The notes under the pieces are model-generated. The model saw only the letters and a list, made by a program, of their open reading frames with translations, was not told the origin of the DNA and made no database searches. Below are positions 18,164 through 26,301 of a DNA stretch of 27,676 bases, one piece after another; the stretch's first letter is position 1; every line of letters begins with the position of its first letter. Both the position numbers and the translations under genes were made by a program. The stretch is taken from positions 1 to 27,676 of the IMG/VR virus record IMGVR_UViG_3300042557_000322. One strand, written 5' to 3'. The DNA is from a virus. Lineage: Duplodnaviria > Caudoviricetes.

Positions 18164-18685
18164 ATGGACAAGCAAATGTATTATAATGACAAATTCGTTA
18201 AGGGCGCGATACTAGAGATAGTACGACAAATATATACTGCTAACTATAGGCCCGACTATATTGTAGGACTCAAGAGGGGCGGGCTTGTTCCCGGCGTCAT
18301 GCTCAGCCACTATCTTGGTATTCCATTTTACTCTTTAGATCCTTCTGAGTCTAATCTATGGATGGCTGAAGATGCATTTGGTTATGTGCCTATGGAAGAT
18401 CAAGAAGTCATCAAGAGCCGTTGGGATATCAGTTATAAGAAAAACATTCTCATCATTGATGATATCAACGACAGTGGTAATACATTTAAAAATATTGTCG
18501 AAGATTGGCAAAGCGGTTGCTTACCTAAAGAATCAGCATGGAATACAGTGTGGCATAACAATGTCAAGTTTGCTGTGTTGATCGAAAATCAAGCCAGCGA
18601 TTTCGATTGTGACTTTTTCGGACATGAGATCAACAAGGTAGAGAATCCTGAATGGTGTGTATTTCCCTGGGAGTGTTGGTGGTAA
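18164..18685 (+). CDS. Type I purine phosphoribosyltransferase (Gpt/Hpt-like)
   Basis: GLKRGGLVP, PRPP-binding ILIIDDINDSGNT and terminal WCVFPWE. Confidence 0.88.
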   Translation: MDKQMYYNDKFVKGAILEIVRQIYTANYRPDYIVGLKRGGLVPGVMLSHYLGIPFYSLDPSESNLWMAEDAFGYVPMEDQEVIKSRWDISYKKNILIIDDINDSGNTFKNIVEDWQSGCLPKESAWNTVWHNNVKFAVLIENQASDFDCDFFGHEINKVENPEWCVFPWECWW

Positions 18686-18901
18686 GTGACATATGATTTC
18701 TGGGCCAAGAAGCCTAATTGGCATCACGCAAAGATCCGTGTAGAATCAGCAACAAAGTTTGAAGAACTGATGCGCTGGATGCAAGATAACATACAGGGAC
18801 ATAGAAAGCATACTATATGGAGACTGACAGACGGCGGACAATTTGAGATCAGATTCAGATTTGAAAAAGATTATGAATGGTTCGTACTAAGATGGTGTTA
18901 A
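18686..18901 (+). CDS. Small phage protein of a 'WF.LRW' family, copy 1
   Basis: Ends FRFEKDYEWFVLRWC. Confidence 0.7.
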   Translation: MTYDFWAKKPNWHHAKIRVESATKFEELMRWMQDNIQGHRKHTIWRLTDGGQFEIRFRFEKDYEWFVLRWC

Positions 18902-19168
18902 ATGCAACGAGTGTACCTAAAAAAATTAGATCGTAGATTTGCCGGTGGAGCAGAATTTGAATACTGCTTAGATTTTTTCGGTCCGGATAAAGGTAAGCAT
19001 TTCTGTGAAGTACGCAATTGGTTTTGGGAAACATTTGGACCTAGTAGCGAATTAATATTTTATGTTGATAGCGATCAAGTATGGGCTTGGATCACTGATG
19101 GACATAGGACTCGCATATACATTAAGTCAAATAAAGAACTTGAATGGTATAAGTTGAGGTGGGAATGA
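18902..19168 (+). CDS. Small phage protein of a 'WF.LRW' family, copy 2
   Basis: WFWETFGP; ends KELEWYKLRWE. Confidence 0.7.
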   Translation: MQRVYLKKLDRRFAGGAEFEYCLDFFGPDKGKHFCEVRNWFWETFGPSSELIFYVDSDQVWAWITDGHRTRIYIKSNKELEWYKLRWE

Positions 19169-19482
19169 ATATACCACAAGAAATCATCAATGACTGTGCT
19201 GAAAAAATTTCTAAAGATATCGATACAGAAATAGTTATGTCAGTATTAGGATGGATGTCATTTGAGTTGAGTGAAGGTACTGTATACAGTAAAAAGTACA
19301 TGACCGTACATCCCAGTAACACTTATGATTGGAATGAATTGATGGCTTGGATGGAACATTCATTTGGTCCTACTGCACATGATGGTGTATGGACTCCTGG
19401 TATGCGTTGGTATGCCAATAATGCTAAGTTTTGGTTCCGTGACAAAAAGGATCTAGAATGGTTCTTGTTGAGATGGGCATGA
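19165..19482 (+). CDS. Small phage protein of a 'WF.LRW' family, copy 3
   Basis: WMEHSFGP; ends FRDKKDLEWFLLRWA; ATGA overlap. Confidence 0.7.
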   Translation: MNIPQEIINDCAEKISKDIDTEIVMSVLGWMSFELSEGTVYSKKYMTVHPSNTYDWNELMAWMEHSFGPTAHDGVWTPGMRWYANNAKFWFRDKKDLEWFLLRWA

Positions 19483-19817
19483 TGTATACTCCTAAAAAAC
19501 AAAACTGGAACAGCCTGAGTGAACTGCGTGATTTCTTGGCTAAGGAAACCACTGAAAAAATAGTACTTTTTAACGGTCATCAATTGATAACCGAGACTAC
19601 TGTATATGGATTGAGTTTTGGTAAACTACACATTAACGAGGTAAAGCGTGAGAGTAAAAGCATTAAGAGACGATCTGATGGTACAACAACAGATAAAGAA
19701 CGAATGGGAACACATGGTCGGAGTAATCATGCTCAACCAGACGGGAAGAAAGCCAGTAAAGTATGTGCTTCCAAAGTTCCTAAAAAAGTTTCCAAACCCA
19801 AGAAGTCTCCTAAATAG
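19479..19817 (+). CDS. Hypothetical protein whose basic tail overlaps the glycosylase gene
   Basis: ATGA coupling at 19479; the first ~56 codons fill otherwise empty sequence and the remainder overlaps 19648-19817 in another frame. Confidence 0.5.
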   Translation: MMYTPKKQNWNSLSELRDFLAKETTEKIVLFNGHQLITETTVYGLSFGKLHINEVKRESKSIKRRSDGTTTDKERMGTHGRSNHAQPDGKKASKVCASKVPKKVSKPKKSPK

Positions 19818-20058
19818 TACAAGAGAACAAGTGATCGATATTATCAAGCCCCTTGGTATGTATAATATCAGGGAGAAAAGGTTGCGCGGTATGAGCCGTG
19901 ATTACTTGACTTGGGACAAAATAAATGCTAATATGTTGTATGGTATTGGTAAATACGGTAGTGACAGTTATGAGATATTCTTTAAACAGAACTATAGCGT
20001 ACAACCAACAGATAAAGAATTAATAAGGTATTTGAATGAACTCAATCAAAATCAGTGA
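19648..20058 (+). CDS. MBD4-like HhH-GPD DNA glycosylase
   Basis: IMLNQT, FPNP, IKPLGM...R and LYGIGKYGSDSYEIF, which closely matches the MBD4 HhH motif, followed by a conserved Asp in PTDK. Confidence 0.8.
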   Translation: MRVKALRDDLMVQQQIKNEWEHMVGVIMLNQTGRKPVKYVLPKFLKKFPNPRSLLNSTREQVIDIIKPLGMYNIREKRLRGMSRDYLTWDKINANMLYGIGKYGSDSYEIFFKQNYSVQPTDKELIRYLNELNQNQ

Positions 20059-20893
20059 ACTATTTTACAGCATTCAAGGTGAAGGTCGCTACATGGGAGT
20101 ACCTAGCGTCTTTCTAAGAACGTTTGGCTGTAACTTCACCTGTGATGGTTTTAATATGCCAAGAGGAGAAAAGACAAATGAACGTCTTGCCGTCGATGCA
20201 AAGTTATATAAATCTTATAGAGACTTACCACTGGTTAGTACCGGGTGTGATAGTTATGCTAGTTGGGATCCTAGGTTCAAACATCTTAGTCCGCGCATTT
20301 CGGTGGATGGCATCGCAGATGCAATCAAAGAAGCACTACCGTTCAAAGAATGGCGAGACGAACACTTAGTCATCACAGGTGGTGAACCATTGTTAGGATG
20401 GCAGAAGATGTATCCTAAACTATTGAGTCATCCGTTCATGGAGAATCTCAAAGAGATCACGTTTGAGACTAACGGTACACAGAAACTAAAGCCCGAACTT
20501 GTAGACTTCTTGTATGACTGGTCTGAAGGCGATCCCTGGAATAGCAGAAGTTATGATAGCATCACATTCAGCGTCAGTGCAAAACTCAGCGTCAGTGGTG
20601 AGAAGCGTGAACGTGCTATCAGACCTGACGTAGTATTGCAGTATCAAGAATCAGGACATGTCTATCTGAAATTCGTTATCGCAAGTCAACAAGACATGGA
20701 CGAAGTATTAGAAGTTGGTGAACTCTATCGCAAAGAGGGCTTCACAGGTAACATCTATGTGATGCCAGTAGGCGGTGTCGAGAGTGTATACAGTTTGAAT
20801 AACAAGCAAGTTGCGTTGTTCGCTATGAAGCATGGCTTGCGTTATAGTGATAGACTGCAAGTGCCACTGTTTAAAAACGAGTGGGGTACTTGA
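20036..20893 (+). CDS. queE: 7-carboxy-7-deazaguanine synthase (radical SAM)
   Basis: ELFYSIQGEG, FLRTFGCNFTC...GCDS, ITGGEPLL, FETNGT and LKFV. Confidence 0.9.
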   Translation: MNSIKISELFYSIQGEGRYMGVPSVFLRTFGCNFTCDGFNMPRGEKTNERLAVDAKLYKSYRDLPLVSTGCDSYASWDPRFKHLSPRISVDGIADAIKEALPFKEWRDEHLVITGGEPLLGWQKMYPKLLSHPFMENLKEITFETNGTQKLKPELVDFLYDWSEGDPWNSRSYDSITFSVSAKLSVSGEKRERAIRPDVVLQYQESGHVYLKFVIASQQDMDEVLEVGELYRKEGFTGNIYVMPVGGVESVYSLNNKQVALFAMKHGLRYSDRLQVPLFKNEWGT

Positions 20894-21135
20894 TGCCATT
20901 CTATAATAGTAATGACAGGGTAGATAGTTGGGATCATTTTGATCATAAAAGCCTAGGTACAGAATATAAGTTTATGTTTTGGCCTAGGCGTTGCTATTTC
21001 ACTAATAAACTATTATGGTTGACATACGCATATAAAAAGACTGCTATGTATACAGGACCCGGCGATCCTGTATACGAACATCGTTATTACGATAAGCATC
21101 AGTTTTTGGTAAATAAGTTAAAGGGAACATTGTGA
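20893..21135 (+). CDS. Hypothetical phage protein
   Basis: TGATG coupling to the queE stop; aromatic-rich, 80 aa. Confidence 0.65.
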   Translation: MPFYNSNDRVDSWDHFDHKSLGTEYKFMFWPRRCYFTNKLLWLTYAYKKTAMYTGPGDPVYEHRYYDKHQFLVNKLKGTL

Positions 21136-21899
21136 ATAAAGTTTTAGAAAACATTGTAAACTATTGGGACAAACAACCGTGCAACTTTACCAATAGCACT
21201 GAAAAAGAACAGAATTTAAAGTTCTTCAATGACACTAGCAAGAACAGATATTTTGTAGAACCGCACGTGAGGGACTTTACACAATTTCACTTATATCAAG
21301 GTAAACGTGTATTAGAGATAGGTTGCGGTATAGGTATTGATGCTGCTGAATTTATAAAGAATGGCGCAATATACACTGGTATTGATATCAGCCAAAATAG
21401 CTTAAGTGTAGCAAAGAACCGTTTAGACACATTAGGTCTACAAGGGGAACTACTTCATAGAAATGGCGATAATATAAGTGATCTTGGTGAATTTGATTTG
21501 GTTTACAGTTATGGAGTTTTGCATCACTATCCAGGTATAAGTGATATTGTAGATCAAGTTCATAAAATATTAGCAATTAACGGTGAATTTAAATTCATGG
21601 TATATGCTAAAAATAGCTGGAAGTATGCTATGATACTTAAAGGTTTAGACCAGTATGAGGCACAAGCAGGGTGCCCATATGCCAAAGCCTATACTAAGGA
21701 AGATATCTATCAGTTGCTTGATGATAAGTTTAGCATAGCACGTATAAGACAGGCACATTGTTTCATGTATAACGTAGAAAAGTATAAGCAAGGTATATAC
21801 GAATTAGAACCTTGGTTTGAAGAAATGACCGACGATATGCGCGAAGCAATTAAAGAGTATTTGGGTTGGCATCTATTAGTCAAGGCTATAAAAATATGA
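21132..21899 (+). CDS. Class I SAM-dependent methyltransferase
   Basis: VLEIGCGIG, GIDIS and FDLVYSYGVLHH. Confidence 0.9.
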   Translation: MNKVLENIVNYWDKQPCNFTNSTEKEQNLKFFNDTSKNRYFVEPHVRDFTQFHLYQGKRVLEIGCGIGIDAAEFIKNGAIYTGIDISQNSLSVAKNRLDTLGLQGELLHRNGDNISDLGEFDLVYSYGVLHHYPGISDIVDQVHKILAINGEFKFMVYAKNSWKYAMILKGLDQYEAQAGCPYAKAYTKEDIYQLLDDKFSIARIRQAHCFMYNVEKYKQGIYELEPWFEEMTDDMREAIKEYLGWHLLVKAIKI

Positions 21900-23248
21900 A
21901 ATTATACGATAGACGCATAGCCTTTATGATCAGCGACCAGCACTTCATACCACACGGTGGTATAGGAAGTTTTTGTAAGGGCTTCACTGAGATGTGCAGT
22001 CGATTGAATTGGAAAGTAGATATACTGCTTGACAAAAGTCCTAGAAATAAAGAATTTTGCGAACTCATCGAATCGCTAGGTGCTAATGTATTATGGCCAT
22101 TAGAACCATTAAGTTATGCTAACCATACCGCTACATTTGCATTTAGCGATACAATCAACTTTGAAAAGATCATTAACTTCCGCACAGTCTTACTAGAAGC
22201 GTTTGAAGAAAATATCTATGATATGATCGTATGTAATACGCAGGAAGCGATGACTGCGGCTTATGCAATGACAGTCAATAAGTATATTCCTGTTGTTTTC
22301 TACACACACTTACATAGCATGATCTTCCGCGAAAGTCAAGGAAGTGATGTATTCCTTGATAGTTATCATAACTTCTATAACAAGCACATGGAGTTTACTG
22401 ATATCATTATCGGTACACAGAGCCAAAAGAATATTGACGAACTCACAAAATACGGCGCAACTAACTGTAGATTGTTACGCATGCCTATGAGTGAGCGAGG
22501 CTTATTAGAACGATATGCAGGTGTGCGTGAAGGTGTATTGTTTATCGGTCGATGGGAAGAAGGCAAGAACCCAGAAGCATACATTCGTGTAATGAAAGAA
22601 TGTAAATTACCTTGCCGTGTCATGACCAACGATAGTGGTCGTAAGAAGTTTGAGAAAGCATTTGCAGAAGCAGGTATCACAGATTATACAATCAAAGCAG
22701 GTATCACAGGGCAAGAAAAGGTAGCATTCATAAAAGGTTCTATGGCATTTTTCATGCCAAGTCTGCGCGAAAACTATCCATTCGCATTCCTTGAATGTTT
22801 AGCACACATGCCCTGCGTTGTGTTAGACAAACAAGATTGGAGTGACAATTTTGATGGACAATACTTTCATAAGGTAAATATAAAGGATGCGGCTGAGTTG
22901 ATCAAAACAATATACGGTGGTGATCAGTTAACTTCTGCCCTTGACTATGTGAAGAAGTTAGATGACGAGGTTGCTGAAGGTTGGATTAGATTCGTAGATG
23001 ATTTTGTTAGCAAGCGTAGCAATACCAATAGCGCAAAGATCAATAGTTACGACACAGTGAAGTATCGTGACTATATCAAGGATCTAGATAGAAATCGGTT
23101 GGCTAGAGAAGATTTTGAGAGTGTACTAAGCAATAAAAAGAAGTTCAACAAAATTGTTTATACAGATGATGACACCTATCTAAGCAAGGATCCTCAGTTC
23201 GAACCAACTGAGACTATAGAAGCATTGAATTTATTTGAGGGTATATGA
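21896..23248 (+). CDS. GT-B fold glycosyltransferase (GT4-like)
   Basis: HGGIG, FIGRWEEGKNP and PSLRENYPFAFLECL; ATGA overlap at 21896. Confidence 0.85.
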   Translation: MKLYDRRIAFMISDQHFIPHGGIGSFCKGFTEMCSRLNWKVDILLDKSPRNKEFCELIESLGANVLWPLEPLSYANHTATFAFSDTINFEKIINFRTVLLEAFEENIYDMIVCNTQEAMTAAYAMTVNKYIPVVFYTHLHSMIFRESQGSDVFLDSYHNFYNKHMEFTDIIIGTQSQKNIDELTKYGATNCRLLRMPMSERGLLERYAGVREGVLFIGRWEEGKNPEAYIRVMKECKLPCRVMTNDSGRKKFEKAFAEAGITDYTIKAGITGQEKVAFIKGSMAFFMPSLRENYPFAFLECLAHMPCVVLDKQDWSDNFDGQYFHKVNIKDAAELIKTIYGGDQLTSALDYVKKLDDEVAEGWIRFVDDFVSKRSNTNSAKINSYDTVKYRDYIKDLDRNRLAREDFESVLSNKKKFNKIVYTDDDTYLSKDPQFEPTETIEALNLFEGI

Positions 23249-24090
23249 TGAAAAAAGTAATGATCACAGGTTGTAGTGGCTATATTGGTAGCCATCTATG
23301 TAAATTATTAGAAGGCAAGTATGAGATTCATGGATTAGATTTACATGATCCTATCGTACCTATCGATAAGTTCTATAAAGTAGATATCAATAGACTGTTC
23401 ACTATCCCTGATCAAACTGATCCATACGATGCTGTGATACATTTAGCCGCATTGGTCAATGTCGGCGAAAGTGAGAAGATGCCAATCATGTATTATATCA
23501 CTAACTTGAATGGTACTATGAATGTGTTGAACAAGATTCCTACAAACAATTTTATCTTTGCTAGTACTGGTGCTGCCGCATTATGCGAGAGCGCGTATGG
23601 TGTGAGCAAACGTGCTGCCGAAGATTGTGTGCGTGAATATTTCACAAGACATAATCCAACAGTGCCGTATACTATGTTTAGGTTCTATAACGTGATCGGT
23701 AGTAGTTATGGCATACAACCAACTAATCCTGATGGGTTGATGTATAATCTAATGCAATCAAAAGACAGAGGGTCATTCACTATTTTCGGAAATGATTATG
23801 ACACTCCCGATGGCACTTGTGTACGTGACTATGTTCATGTATTAGAAATTTGTAATGCATTGAAATTAGCGATTGAACAGCCAGCAAATAGTCTAGAGAA
23901 TCTAGGGCACGGTGTTGGTACTACGGTGAATGCTATGGTAGAATTATTCAAGCAAGTGAACAATGTAGATTTTGAAGTTAAGTATGGTCCAAGACGTAAA
24001 GGTGATGCCGCAGTAAGTGTGCTAGATAATCCTAGCACTTACATGAAACATCTTTACGAATTAAAAGATTTACTTAAGATTAGTGGATAA
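23245..24090 (+). CDS. galE: UDP-glucose 4-epimerase-like NAD-dependent epimerase
   Basis: TGCSGYIGSH, HLAA, YGVSK, RFYNVIG, DGTCVRDYVHV and RRKGD. Confidence 0.88.
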   Translation: MMKKVMITGCSGYIGSHLCKLLEGKYEIHGLDLHDPIVPIDKFYKVDINRLFTIPDQTDPYDAVIHLAALVNVGESEKMPIMYYITNLNGTMNVLNKIPTNNFIFASTGAAALCESAYGVSKRAAEDCVREYFTRHNPTVPYTMFRFYNVIGSSYGIQPTNPDGLMYNLMQSKDRGSFTIFGNDYDTPDGTCVRDYVHVLEICNALKLAIEQPANSLENLGHGVGTTVNAMVELFKQVNNVDFEVKYGPRRKGDAAVSVLDNPSTYMKHLYELKDLLKISG

Positions 24091-25234
24091 GCAATAGACT
24101 GCTCAACACATCATTACGGTTGGCAGCATCATCGCCATCACCTGGTTTGACGATAACATTCCATTTGCCTTTTGCTTCTGGATCTTTATCGACAGGCTTC
24201 TTCATCATTTCATCATAAGTGATGATTGTTTCTGGCTTCATGCTGTACTTGATAGCAATACGATCTTTGACAGCCTTTTCTGCTTGAGGATTCTTGTACT
24301 GCCACTTACCTGATTCGTCTTTCTCAAGTGCATCAGCAAATAATTCTTTAGGAACCACGCGGCTGTTCTTAGTCTTGACGAAATCGATTTTCTTTTCTTG
24401 ACCAGTGGCCGCACCTTGGCTAAAATTCATCTTGAAGTTATCTGGACGTTCTGCTTGTGCTACTGAAGCCATCTTAGTGTAAGCATAGAAGTCTACATCA
24501 GGATGATTCTTAGCGACATCATATGCCATCTTTAGATATTGTGGACTAAAGAAGTCGCCGGCATCGTGCCAACGCACAACTACCTTTGTACCCTTCTTAC
24601 CGTATTTTTTCTCAGCATTTGAAATCTCATCACTGAGCATTGACATGAACCCATCCGGGTCATTGTATAAGAAATTCAACAGTTTAGTAGAACTCAATGA
24701 ACTTGCTTTCCACTGAACATAACCGCCCTTCATAGCATAGCAGAATGTCTTACACGCACCAGCACCAGGGCAAGTATCGATTACGATAAATTCTCCGGTA
24801 TCTTCATCAACAGCAAGACCTTTTAGTGCAGGTAGACCCACATTGAAGAAAATGCTACTTGTGCCATCACTATGTTGCATCTTTTCATTTTGTTTGAGAA
24901 TCTTTGTTGGGCGTTCAGTAAATGTCTTGCGAAGGGCATCTAGGTCATATTTCTTACCCTCATCGTTAACGATTGGGATATTACCACTATGGATATATGG
25001 TCTTTGGAATTTGTCCTGTTTCTCTTTACTTTTACCAATAATTCTGTCAAGATATGATGTCAACTCATCTTTATCAAACTTACGGCTTGTGACACCACTC
25101 AATTTCTCTTCATCGACATCATCTTTGCCCTTACCTTCGCTATCCACGAATTGGTCAAGGCTCATGACTTTGAGGTCTTTGCTAAATGGGCTTACGCCCT
25201 CGGTTACCAATTTGATGAGTTTTCTAAAATTCAT
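24080..25234 (-). CDS. Gp88-like Cys-motif protein (possible Fe-S or radical-SAM-like enzyme)
   Basis: TCPGAGACKTFCYA, RWHDAGDFF and FYAYTK; likely ATG at 25234 with AGGA SD; the only minus-strand gene. Confidence 0.65.
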   Translation of the reverse strand: MNFRKLIKLVTEGVSPFSKDLKVMSLDQFVDSEGKGKDDVDEEKLSGVTSRKFDKDELTSYLDRIIGKSKEKQDKFQRPYIHSGNIPIVNDEGKKYDLDALRKTFTERPTKILKQNEKMQHSDGTSSIFFNVGLPALKGLAVDEDTGEFIVIDTCPGAGACKTFCYAMKGGYVQWKASSLSSTKLLNFLYNDPDGFMSMLSDEISNAEKKYGKKGTKVVVRWHDAGDFFSPQYLKMAYDVAKNHPDVDFYAYTKMASVAQAERPDNFKMNFSQGAATGQEKKIDFVKTKNSRVVPKELFADALEKDESGKWQYKNPQAEKAVKDRIAIKYSMKPETIITYDEMMKKPVDKDPEAKGKWNVIVKPGDGDDAANRNDVLSSLLLIH

Positions 25235-25235
25235 G

Positions 25236-25274
25236 TTGACATTCCTAAACAATTATAGTAATATTTATCACTAT
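25236..25274. promoter_or_regulatory. Overlapping divergent promoters: sigma70-type (+) for uvsE and late-like GATAAATA (-) for the Gp88-like gene
   Basis: TTGACA(25236-41)-17 bp-TAATAT(25259-64) on +; TATTTATC(25262-69) reads GATAAATA on -. Confidence 0.65.
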
Positions 25275-26301
25275 GACATTTAACTCAGACATTCAGCGTA
25301 TTGGTTTCGCTTGCAAATGGGCAGAAATCAATAAAAAGGGTGAGATCGCTAGCACCGAGGGCCTGAACACAGGTGGCACTACTTACGCATGGGCAAAGCG
25401 TCAGAGTAGCCGTCAAGTTGTCGAAGATAAAATCATGGATGTAGCGAAACGCAACATTCTTAATACTCATGCACTTGTCAAAAAAGTTGCAGAATTACCC
25501 AATGAATTACGTATGTTGCGCATCACTAGTGATATGCTATCATTCTATACTATAGATGAGTACAAGCCTTTCTGGCAGCGGCAGGATGTGCGTGATAGTC
25601 TAGAACGCTGGATGGCTCCTATCGGTGAGACTGCTAGAGCAAACGATGTTCGACTATCGTTTCATCCCGATCAGTTTGTCGTTTTGGCTAGTGATCGTCC
25701 TGAGGTAGTAAATAAGAGTATAGAGGAGTTTGAATATCATGTGGATATGGCCCGTTGGATGGGGTACGGTAAACAATTTCAGGACATCAAGATCAATGTC
25801 CACATCAGTGGTCGCCAAGGCCCCGACGGTATCAAAAGAGTTATCTCAAGACTCAGCCCCGAAGCACGAAATGCCATCACAATCGAAAACGAAGAAATGT
25901 CGTGGGGACTCGACTCAACCCTCGAACTCGCAAACGATCTCGCTTTGGTGCTAGACATTCATCATCATTGGATTAAGACTGGAGAATACATTGAAGAATC
26001 TGACCCACGCATTGATATGGTTATTGATAGTTGGCGCGGTGTGCGCCCTGTCATACACTATAGTGTTTCAAGAGAAGAGCATCTACCTGGTGCCTGCACT
26101 GTCAGCCGTCCCTGCTTGACTACACTACTAGAATCAGGACACAATAAACAGAAGTTACGTGCGCACAGCGACTACTACTGGAATCAAGCAGTCAACGACT
26201 GGGCTTTGTCACATAGATCATGGGCTGATATAATGTGCGAAAGCAAGGCTAAGAATCTTGCAAGTTTTAAACTACACGACTATGCAACAAATAATCAATG
26301 A
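25273..26301 (+). CDS. uvsE: UV damage endonuclease
   Basis: RIGFAC, LRITS, RLSFHPDQF, INVH, IENEE, LDIHHH, HYS, AHSD and CESKAK. Confidence 0.92.
   Translation: MTFNSDIQRIGFACKWAEINKKGEIASTEGLNTGGTTYAWAKRQSSRQVVEDKIMDVAKRNILNTHALVKKVAELPNELRMLRITSDMLSFYTIDEYKPFWQRQDVRDSLERWMAPIGETARANDVRLSFHPDQFVVLASDRPEVVNKSIEEFEYHVDMARWMGYGKQFQDIKINVHISGRQGPDGIKRVISRLSPEARNAITIENEEMSWGLDSTLELANDLALVLDIHHHWIKTGEYIEESDPRIDMVIDSWRGVRPVIHYSVSREEHLPGACTVSRPCLTTLLESGHNKQKLRAHSDYYWNQAVNDWALSHRSWADIMCESKAKNLASFKLHDYATNNQ

Noticed and set aside
22668-22709. 15-bp direct repeat AAGCAGGTATCACAG (two copies)
   Set aside because: In-frame within the glycosyltransferase (AGIT twice), only two copies, and not CRISPR- or att-like.
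24843-25283. 146-aa plus-strand ORF
   Set aside because: It is antisense to the motif-bearing Gp88-like gene and has a Leu/Ser-rich shadow composition.
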